Source: Promethearchaeota archaeon (GTDB taxonomy: Archaea > Asgardarchaeota > Hermodarchaeia > Hermodarchaeales > Hermodarchaeaceae). Taken from it: DNA of 32,000 nucleotides. The translations under genes were made by a program, and so were the position numbers. This document shows, piece after piece, positions 25,449 through 32,000 of this stretch. The notes beneath the pieces are model-generated. The model searched no databases. It worked only from the letters and a program-made list of their open reading frames with translations, and was not told where the DNA came from. The DNA lies in the NCBI GenBank assembly GCA_048938295.1, contig JBHLMI010000016.1:22973-54972 (forward strand), written 5' to 3'. Each line of letters opens with the position of its first letter. Position 1 is the first letter of the stretch.

Positions 25449-26582
25449 ATGGAGAAACGGAAGATTATGCGGCTAGGCAAATCCTCGCTAGTCGTTTCCA
25501 TTCCCAAAAGCTGGACAGAAGAATTCAAACTCAACTCTGGCGATCATCTCATTCTAATTCCACAACGCGACCGTTCTTTAGCCCTTTATCCAGTCAAAGA
25601 GTTCTCTGATACACCCTCCGAACAAGAAATTATCACCGATCCAACGGATGAACCTGGTATTCTTGAACGACGCCTTATCGCCGCTTATCTAAACAATTTT
25701 GGTATTATCCACCTCCGGTCAAAGGGTGTTTTCACACCAGAACAGCAATCACTTGTACGGCAACGAGTGCGCATGTTAACGGGCTTACAAATCATAGATG
25801 CTAGCACCAACGAAATTGTCATCCAGTCTCTGATGAGGCTCAACCAACTCGATTTACCTAAAAGCATGCGCCTAGCTCATCGCATCACCTCCACCATGCT
25901 CGTGGATGCCCTTTCAGCGCTTCAAATCCGAGACGCTGAACTTGCTCAAACAGTCATCGGTCTTGACGAAGACGTCAACCAATTCTACTTTTTAGTATTC
26001 AAACAACTCCGAGCAGCTCTGCTGGACCCTCGATTCATGAATGAGCTCAACATCGATTCGATGGACTGCCTCACCTACCTAATGTTCATCCAACGCATTG
26101 AGAATGTGGCTGACCATGCAAAGGGGATTGCTCAATCAGTCATCTCGCTTGGAAAAGAGGAATGCCCGAAAGATCTCCTTAACCTAGCCTTAAAGACAGG
26201 TAACCACGTTCACCGAGTATATTCCATGGCTGCGGAATCGATGTTGATGGGTGATGACAAAGCTGCGAATCACGTCATCAATGAAATCGTTCATTTCGTT
26301 CCCATGCGACAACAAGCCGAGGAACTTATGGAACAGCATCTAGTAAAGCTCTGTGAACAAATGCTGCCCAAACTCACTCCCGACAGCTGCGCCCTTTTTG
26401 GCCCCCACCAAAAGGCTATGTTCTGCTTAGAAAACATCTTCGATTCCTTTGGAAAAATCCTTGAACATTCCAGCGCCATAGCCGAAATTGCCATCGATAA
26501 GGCCCTTGAAACGAATCGCCGATGGCCCGTAACAGAAACTCTCAAACCGAAAAAGAAGAAGACCACCAAAACAAAAGTCTAG
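25449..26582 (+). CDS. AbrB/SpoVT-domain + PhoU-domain regulator (archaeal phosphate-uptake-regulator-like)
   Basis: N-terminal swapped-hairpin pattern RKIMRLGKSSLVVSIPKSWTEEFKLNSGDHLIL, followed by helical PhoU-like repeats. Lys-rich tail KPKKKKTTKTKV. Confidence 0.7.
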   Translation: MEKRKIMRLGKSSLVVSIPKSWTEEFKLNSGDHLILIPQRDRSLALYPVKEFSDTPSEQEIITDPTDEPGILERRLIAAYLNNFGIIHLRSKGVFTPEQQSLVRQRVRMLTGLQIIDASTNEIVIQSLMRLNQLDLPKSMRLAHRITSTMLVDALSALQIRDAELAQTVIGLDEDVNQFYFLVFKQLRAALLDPRFMNELNIDSMDCLTYLMFIQRIENVADHAKGIAQSVISLGKEECPKDLLNLALKTGNHVHRVYSMAAESMLMGDDKAANHVINEIVHFVPMRQQAEELMEQHLVKLCEQMLPKLTPDSCALFGPHQKAMFCLENIFDSFGKILEHSSAIAEIAIDKALETNRRWPVTETLKPKKKKTTKTKV

Positions 26583-26651
26583 CCCAGTGTGGAAAAGCCC
26601 TTTAGGCTCCAACCCTAAGTTTTTGCATGCTATACGCCCTAGTAAAGATTA

Positions 26652-27815
26652 ATGGTAATTAGGCTTGGTGCAACCGTGGTGGAACCCATTTCCCCTGATG
26701 TTATCCGTACAACCGATGTCGGAAGTTATCCACTCGTCGCCATTGATATGACCCGTTATTCATGGGGTGCTGCAGATCTAGAGGGCAGTCATCACACAGA
26801 AGTAGCTAAGGACTTCATCCGACAGCACAATGATGCCTTTACACGCAAGATGAGAGCACTAGGGTCATCGATCAGTGCACCTTGCTATGTGCAAGGCACC
26901 TTCGAAAGGGATATGATCAGTCAATTCCTTGACCCTATTGTCCGGCATGGCCGTGGTCTCCAAAAACAGGCAAACAGGTATCTCTGGGACGGAACTCTCA
27001 TCCAGTTGCCATCAGAAAAGGCTCAAGTAGCTGAACTTCTAGCCCTTAAACACGGGGCAAAAACCATCTGCCAAGAATTCGAGATTGATTCTATCCAATA
27101 CCGGGCCTGCATCACTGGACCCTTTGAATTAGCCAGTCGCCTCTGGCGAGACATGGGCGTTGGTCCCCGCTACGATGAATCCCTCATCGAATCCTTCGCA
27201 GCCATCGTCCGCGCCTTCATGAAGAACGCCCAAATCGAAACCAAATACCTCAAGCCCCTCATCATTACACTGGATGAACCTTCAATCGGTGTCGCTGGGG
27301 TCGGTGATCTATTCATGGATACTGATACGGATGATCGGCTCAATCACCTCATCGACAACTGGAATACAATACTCTCAACTATTCCTTCTTGTTATTACCG
27401 TGGTATACATCTCCATTCTTCTCCTTACCACCAACTCGCTAGCGCGAATTGGAATCTGCTTGAAGCCCACCAGAGCGTCATTGTTTCAAAATCTTGGCTT
27501 GTGGAGCACAACAAATACATTCGAGCCGCGGTCATGCGAACCGACGGACCGACTTTTTCCTCAGGCGTTAATCTACGAAAGGCTTGGGACGAAATCCTGT
27601 CAGGGAACATTCTGCCTTACCTCCAGCCACAAGAAGAAATGTGGCATTATCTTGAAGCTGCTGTCACCCGCTATGGCAGTGACCAAGTCCCTTTTGCTGG
27701 TCCCGAATGTGGACTTGGTCCCTGGAACTGGCGATACGGTGAGGAAATGGTCCTCGCTAGCCTTGAGAATCTCCAACAGGTTGTTACAAGTTTCAACCAG
27801 TCACACAAACTCTAA
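26652..27815 (+). CDS. MetE-like (cobalamin-independent methionine synthase family, catalytic-domain type) methyltransferase
   Basis: TTDVGSYP N-terminal motif, LIITLDEPSIG, H-L-H at 27408-27416, LLEAH, and PECGLG (Cys at 27708-27710). Confidence 0.6.
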   Translation: MVIRLGATVVEPISPDVIRTTDVGSYPLVAIDMTRYSWGAADLEGSHHTEVAKDFIRQHNDAFTRKMRALGSSISAPCYVQGTFERDMISQFLDPIVRHGRGLQKQANRYLWDGTLIQLPSEKAQVAELLALKHGAKTICQEFEIDSIQYRACITGPFELASRLWRDMGVGPRYDESLIESFAAIVRAFMKNAQIETKYLKPLIITLDEPSIGVAGVGDLFMDTDTDDRLNHLIDNWNTILSTIPSCYYRGIHLHSSPYHQLASANWNLLEAHQSVIVSKSWLVEHNKYIRAAVMRTDGPTFSSGVNLRKAWDEILSGNILPYLQPQEEMWHYLEAAVTRYGSDQVPFAGPECGLGPWNWRYGEEMVLASLENLQQVVTSFNQSHKL

Positions 27816-27864
27816 TAGGCTTCTCGAACTCCACTCTAGACTGCTAAATAACTGCTGACGAGTT

Positions 27865-28794
27865 CTAACGACCTGAGGCTTCAATAATACGGGGGATGAG
27901 CTCTTCCCACTTCACCGCCATGATATGACAACCCACCGCGTGCGTCGTCTTCCTCAACTCACGGAGAAACTCACCATAATACTCCACGTTATACTCGGCA
28001 ATCTTCTCCTTCCGGATCACCTTATCCTCAATGTCCTGAAGCTCTTTGAGCCGCGTCAACATCGGCTCCGGAATCTTCACACCGGGAACGAATTTTTCCA
28101 TCCAATCAGCGATTTTAAATGATTTTAGAGGAAAGATGCCGACAAGGGTGGGGACTTTGACGTGTTTGATGGCTTTCATGAAGGCTTTGGCTTGTTCGAT
28201 TTCGAAGACGACTTGGGTTTGAGCGAATTCTGCTCCGACGGTTTCTTTGCGTTCGAGTTTCAGTATCTCGGGCTCGAGGGGGATGGCGCCGGGGTTGATG
28301 GCGACGCCAACGTGGAATTTTGGGGGGTTGTGGATTTCGTGTCCGTTGAGGTCAACGCCCTCATCGGTGATTTTGCGGATCAAGGCGGTGAGGCTGGCGG
28401 AATCGAGGTCGAAGACAGGCTTCGCTTCGGGTTGATCACCTAGGCTAGGATGGTCGCCAGTTAATGCCAAGATGTTAACAATGCCCAGAGCACCGGCGGC
28501 AAGCAGGTCCGCGAACATAGCGAGTCGGTTCCGGTCACGGCAGGTCATTTGGCAGACGGCTTCCAGTCCGGCTTTTTCTTGAATCATATACGAGGGACCT
28601 AATGAGTTCATGTAAGCGAAACTCTGGGGGATATCAGTCACGTTGGCGGCGACAACATGGCCTACGAGTTTCTTGGCGCCTTCAATGACTTCGTCCATGT
28701 CGCCGATTTTTTCGGGTTCAAGTTCACCGGTGTATACGAACTTGCCCGCATTGATTTCTTCCATGAGTTTGCTGTATGCTTCACGTTTTGCCAT
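27865..28794 (-). CDS. metF: Methylenetetrahydrofolate reductase, small (acetogen/archaeal MetF) type
   Basis: TIM-barrel MTHFR pattern: YTGELEPEK...VTDIPQS...CQMTCRDRNR...ILALTGDHP...VFDLDS. ATG is preceded by GGTGA. 16-nt spacer from metV. Confidence 0.8.
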   Translation of the reverse strand: MAKREAYSKLMEEINAGKFVYTGELEPEKIGDMDEVIEGAKKLVGHVVAANVTDIPQSFAYMNSLGPSYMIQEKAGLEAVCQMTCRDRNRLAMFADLLAAGALGIVNILALTGDHPSLGDQPEAKPVFDLDSASLTALIRKITDEGVDLNGHEIHNPPKFHVGVAINPGAIPLEPEILKLERKETVGAEFAQTQVVFEIEQAKAFMKAIKHVKVPTLVGIFPLKSFKIADWMEKFVPGVKIPEPMLTRLKELQDIEDKVIRKEKIAEYNVEYYGEFLRELRKTTHAVGCHIMAVKWEELIPRIIEASGR

Positions 28795-28810
28795 AGTGTT
28801 TCACCGTCTC

Positions 28811-29467
28811 TTAGATTTCCAGTTTCCGGGGCGATTGGGCGACCCGCCAGTCACGGGGTTCACGGTACTTCTTATACAAATCTAGTCGTCCCAGTTTCTT
28901 CAGCCGTTCATAGATGAGATACCATGCGCAATCATTCTTGTAGTCCCCGACTTCACATTTCCCTTCCAACATTCCACCACATGGGCCATTGACTAGCGCT
29001 TTGGGGCAGCGGGTCATGGGGCAAATCCCCCCGGTTTCATTGAGTAGACAGTCTCCGCAGCCTCTACAATATTCGAAGAAGTGTCCAAGTTCTCGGTCCT
29101 TTCCTCCCATGCCGAATGTGTCAACAGCAGTAAACACTTTCATATCGGGGAATACGTCAATAAGGGTTTGAGGGCCAACGCCACACGCAAGGGAAATCAT
29201 GGCATCAATCCCTTCTAATTGTGGTCGTAGGGTCGTCGCGACGAGTTGCCGATCACATTGTCGCAGCACAATGGTGTGACGCACTTCACCCGGTTCATTG
29301 TTCAGCTGACGATGCATCTCAATAAGCTTTGCCAGCATTTCTGTCTGCTTTTCGCCACCAACCATGTAAATTCCTGAGCATCCATCACATCCAACAATAA
29401 GTAGGTTCTCAATACCCTCGACAGTCTTCAGTATTTTTTCGACTGGCATTTGTTTCGGAATAATCAT
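28811..29467 (-). CDS. metV: MetV-like Cys-rich partner subunit of MetF (MTHFR C-terminal-domain family)
   Basis: Cys clusters CRGCGDCLLNETGGICPMTRCPKALVNGPCGG...GKCEV...CAW. It lies immediately upstream of metF on the same strand. Confidence 0.7.
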   Translation of the reverse strand: MIIPKQMPVEKILKTVEGIENLLIVGCDGCSGIYMVGGEKQTEMLAKLIEMHRQLNNEPGEVRHTIVLRQCDRQLVATTLRPQLEGIDAMISLACGVGPQTLIDVFPDMKVFTAVDTFGMGGKDRELGHFFEYCRGCGDCLLNETGGICPMTRCPKALVNGPCGGMLEGKCEVGDYKNDCAWYLIYERLKKLGRLDLYKKYREPRDWRVAQSPRKLEI

Positions 29468-29499
29468 TGGTAGTCACCGTAATCAAGCAATCTGGCAAC

Positions 29500-29532
29500 G
29501 GTATAGCTTTGACGTATATACAATTTTTTCTC
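29500..29532 (-). promoter_or_regulatory. Candidate metVF promoter (BRE-like A-run + GTATATAC, and a second CTATACCG box)
   Basis: The minus strand reads GGAGAAAAAATTGTATATACGTCAAAGCTATACCG, 35-65 nt upstream of the metV ATG at 29467. GGTGA lies 7 nt before the ATG. Confidence 0.35.
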
Positions 29533-29674
29533 CTTCAAGAATGAGATTGAAACATCCAAACGTCTTGGTTTTGTTTGCGGTTGTAAGTAGATGGTTTGAT
29601 GGGTTTTAACGGGTTTTTGTTGAGAACCATTATGCATATAAACAAACCAAAACCCGCACCCAGGCACCCACACC

Positions 29675-29941
29675 ATGAGGGGTTCTATGCATTCCGAAGT
29701 CCACGAATATGATGAAGAAAATGAAAGTAAGGAAACAGAAGGCCTCGAACACCGTATTCCAACTCTCGACGAACTAGACAAATCGGAGATTTCAATGGAT
29801 TTTCCGAGAAGAGCAGACGAAATTCCATCCTTGAAAAAAACATCGGTTCAGTTTTGGCAACCTTGTGTTGGGAATAAATCAAGTAGTGACATCCTCTCTT
29901 TCAGAAAATGTACGAGGCAAAAATGCTTACTGGTTGTCTAA
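29675..29941 (+). CDS. Questionable small acidic ORF (88 aa)
   Basis: It is the only + strand ORF in the 459-bp gap. An ATATAAA box at 29636-29642 lies about 35 nt upstream. No recognisable motif. Its 3' end overlaps the receiver gene. Confidence 0.2.
   Translation: MRGSMHSEVHEYDEENESKETEGLEHRIPTLDELDKSEISMDFPRRADEIPSLKKTSVQFWQPCVGNKSSSDILSFRKCTRQKCLLVV
29834..29923 (-). terminator. Oligo-T tracts downstream of the receiver gene (T5 at 29919-29923, T4 at 29904-29907, T7 at 29834-29840 on the minus strand)
   Basis: Archaeal termination typically uses oligo-T runs. The tracts begin 4 nt after the stop codon at 29927-29929. Confidence 0.35.
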
Positions 29942-30292
29942 GACTTGGGTAATTGTTCGGAGGAGTTGGGCAAACCGTACGGGCTTTATCAGGAACGAGA
30001 CCGCTCCTGCTTCTAGCGCCTGTTTTCGGGCGGTTTCGTCAGCGCTTAAAAAGATGATTTTGCTCGCGGGATCAATGATCCGAATTTCTTTAGTGGCAGT
30101 TACGCCGTCCTTGATGGGCATACGGTAGTCCATCAATAGTACGTCTGGTCGAGGGTTGAGGGCTCCAAATAGTTTCACGGCTTCGTCGCCATCGAAGGCG
30201 CTGCCGACCACATTGAATCCTTTCATCGAGAAGAAAGACCGATACACCCGATGGAGGTTCTCATCGTCATCAACGATAAAAATGGAAATTAT
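29927..30292 (-). CDS. Stand-alone CheY-like receiver domain (response regulator); the start codon is non-canonical or the gene is fused to the kinase
   Basis: The frame reads (I)ISIFIVDDDENLH...DVLLMDYRMP...IIFLSA...K. The conserved acidic DDD lies upstream of the first canonical start (GTG at 30247). The only upstream candidates are ATA at 30292 and ATT at 30289. Confidence 0.75.
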   Translation of the reverse strand: MISIFIVDDDENLHRVYRSFFSMKGFNVVGSAFDGDEAVKLFGALNPRPDVLLMDYRMPIKDGVTATKEIRIIDPASKIIFLSADETARKQALEAGAVSFLIKPVRFAQLLRTITQVLDNQ

Positions 30293-31767
30293 TCTTGTTC
30301 CCCCCTTGGTAAGAGCACAACAAAGTTTGCTCCTTGTGTGTGGTCACCAGTAACCCGATCTTCGACCCAAATCTCACCGCCATAACGTTGGAGGATCCGC
30401 TGAACCAGTGTTAATCCTATTCCCGACCCACGTACTCCTTCTGGTCCGTTGGGGTACCGGTTGAAAATCCGTTTCTTCTCCGAATCGGGTACACCTGGCC
30501 CTTGGTCCTGCACTTCGACTTTCACAAAGTTATTCGTACTTTTTTCACTGGCTTGCACTTCGATTTTGACCATTGGATTGCGATCCATCTTCGCAGCATT
30601 ATGAAGGATGTTGAAGAATAACTCCGTGAGGAATCCATCGCTGTAGACCCAATAGGTTTGGTCCTGTATGTTTGTAGACAAGAATATCTGTTTATTCGGA
30701 AATGCCCTTTCGACGGCACGGACTGCAGCATGAAATGGAGGCGAAAGATCGCGTGTCGATAATCGGCGGGGTTCAGTTTCCAAGGATTGGAAACGTTTAA
30801 CATTTGTTATCAATTCGGCGCTACGTTCCACTTGATTGAGTGAAGCCTCTAGTCCTTCACGAAGATGTTTTGGAAGCTGTTCATCGCTTTCGATGAGCTC
30901 CAAGGTCATCATGATACCTTGGTTAATGTTGTTCAAGTCATGGGCCATTAGGTCGACGAGGAATTCAGACCGTTGGTGGGCTGTTGACAGTTTGATCTCA
31001 GCTTCCTTTCGTTTAGTGATGTCTTCCAGGCTTCCCTCATAGCAGTAGATTTCTCCATTGGTATTCCGGATCGCTCGGGTGTTTAGTTCAATCCATATGA
31101 TCTCCCCATCTCGACGTTGAAACTGAACTTCGAAACCTCGGACAACTTCCGCCTTTTTAATATGTGCTTCAAATTGTTTCCGCACTTCTGCATTGACATA
31201 GAATTCGGAGGCTTTGTGTTTCAGTAGCTCTTCTTTTGACTCAAAGCCAAGCATTTCGACTAAGGCTGGATTGATATCGTGAATTTGTCCTTCTGGAGTT
31301 GTCCTGTACAGCCCCACAGGGACACTATCAAAGAGACTGCGATACTTTGCCTCTGATTCTTCTAAAGCGTGCTGTGTCTCTTTCCAATCAGTGATATCGA
31401 TTCCAATTCCAAAAATTTCAGCGACTTCTCCTGCCTCATCCGTGATGAAGGTGTTATTCCATCGCACGAGGCGCTGTTCGCCTGATTTGGTTATCCAATG
31501 AACTTCTGGCGAATATGCTGGCGTTTTTCCTTGCACTAGATCCTGGAATCGAACCATCAGCTTTGATCGTTCATCCTCAGGAATGAATAACTCAACAATA
31601 TTTTTCCCAAGCACTTCCTCTGAAGAGTAACCTGTAACCTCCTCGCAACGCCTGTTAAAGAGCGTTATACGACCCTGCGTATCCACTCCCACCACCAAAG
31701 CACCAGTCGCATCAACAAGACGACTAAACCTGTCTTGTTTCTTCTGAATCTCCTTCATTGGCGACAT
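30289..31767 (-). CDS. Cytoplasmic PAS-PAS sensor histidine kinase
   Basis: Two PAS modules (ITLFNRRCEEVTGYSSEEVLGK; GLYRTTPEGQIHDINPALVEMLGF). H-box MAHDLNN. N box NILHNAAK. G boxes DQGPGV and GSGIGL. ATG is preceded by AGGAGG. Confidence 0.88.
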   Translation of the reverse strand: MSPMKEIQKKQDRFSRLVDATGALVVGVDTQGRITLFNRRCEEVTGYSSEEVLGKNIVELFIPEDERSKLMVRFQDLVQGKTPAYSPEVHWITKSGEQRLVRWNNTFITDEAGEVAEIFGIGIDITDWKETQHALEESEAKYRSLFDSVPVGLYRTTPEGQIHDINPALVEMLGFESKEELLKHKASEFYVNAEVRKQFEAHIKKAEVVRGFEVQFQRRDGEIIWIELNTRAIRNTNGEIYCYEGSLEDITKRKEAEIKLSTAHQRSEFLVDLMAHDLNNINQGIMMTLELIESDEQLPKHLREGLEASLNQVERSAELITNVKRFQSLETEPRRLSTRDLSPPFHAAVRAVERAFPNKQIFLSTNIQDQTYWVYSDGFLTELFFNILHNAAKMDRNPMVKIEVQASEKSTNNFVKVEVQDQGPGVPDSEKKRIFNRYPNGPEGVRGSGIGLTLVQRILQRYGGEIWVEDRVTGDHTQGANFVVLLPRGEQE

Positions 31768-31874
31768 GGACGATTCCTCCTGTCAAGAGGGAGCAGGTGA
31801 GCTGCGTATCCCAGGAAAAAGTACTCGTTCCTGTTTGGCTTCAAACCCCGCAATCAATCCAGCTCAATGAACGG

Positions 31875-31881
31875 TATAAAA
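31875..31881 (-). promoter_or_regulatory. Candidate TATA box upstream of the kinase operon (minus strand GGTTTTATACCGTT)
   Basis: It carries the same 10-mer, TTTTATACCG, as the cysS box. It lies about 110 nt upstream of the kinase ATG, which implies a leader containing the hairpin at 31812-31833. Confidence 0.3.
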
Positions 31882-32000
31882 CCTTTTCATCCATTCTTCC
31901 AACAACCGACTTCGTTGTAGATTTTACAACCGCATCAAACTTGGTCTTCTATCAGTGATCGGATTAGATGGTCAACTCCGAAGCGTCCCTCCGTATTTGG

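Noticed and set aside
27274-27858. 194-aa + strand ORF in an alternative frame of the MetE-like gene
   Set aside because: It overlaps the motif-bearing frame (H-L-H, PECGLG), has a low-complexity sequence, and has no independent start signals.
28162-28443. 93-aa and 62-aa + strand ORFs antisense to metF
   Set aside because: The Gly/Phe/Asp-rich repetitive translation is typical of the antisense frame of a real gene.
29709-29715. C-box-like ATGATGA suggesting a C/D box sRNA
   Set aside because: No CTGA D box and no C'/D' pair are found at the expected 50-70 nt distance on this strand.
29464-29781. 105-aa minus-strand ORF in the long intergenic region
   Set aside because: It is Ser-rich with an odd composition. 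It spans the predicted metVF promoter and overlaps the metV start. It is most likely a chance ORF.
1-32000. CRISPR arrays, rRNA genes, large direct repeats
   Set aside because: Scanning the intergenic regions revealed no regularly spaced repeats. All intergenic spacers but one are under 250 bp and are accounted for by promoters or terminators.

Overview
This is a densely coding archaeal chromosomal segment with about 30 protein genes and one tRNA. The archaeal assignment rests on ribosomal protein eS26, archaeal-type ApgM, TrmY, an archaeal ThrRS-type editing domain, CofD, TATA/BRE-like promoters, and frequent TTG/GTG starts preceded by GGTG/GGAG Shine-Dalgarno motifs. From general knowledge, eS26 favours a TACK/Asgard-type lineage over Euryarchaeota.

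Content from left to right:
- 1-1100: the 3' part of a tnpB (IS200/IS605-type) element, ending 58 nt from the serS stop.
- 1110-10127: serS, a secreted prenyltransferase-repeat (alpha/alpha toroid) protein, trxB, two tandem PhoU+TrkA-C paralogues, a CDP-alcohol phosphatidyltransferase, PadR, trmY, eS26, a free-standing ThrRS editing domain and a GlmM-like mutase.
- 8748-15148: a sugar-nucleotide cluster with three phosphohexomutase paralogues and a GlmU-like enzyme.
- 15133-18204: cysS, then a nitroreductase-cofD pair.
- 18443-22522: a 1359-aa surface protein with a cytoplasmic tail.
- 22599-29467: tRNA-Cys, apgM, a small membrane protein, a nucleoside phosphorylase, an AbrB-PhoU regulator, a MetE-like protein and metV-metF.
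- 29927-31767: a PAS histidine kinase and receiver pair.

No CRISPR array, rRNA or obvious defence island was seen.

The candidates most worth a second look are:
- the giant receptor-like protein, whose intracellular tail looks longin/roadblock-like;
- the TnpB with Gly at the canonical RuvC-II Glu position, together with its candidate omega RNA;
- the FbiB-C-like nitroreductase coupled to cofD;
- the minimal stand-alone ThrRS editing domain;
- the kinase-receiver junction, which lacks a canonical start codon.

All functional calls come from motif recognition by eye. No database search was run.
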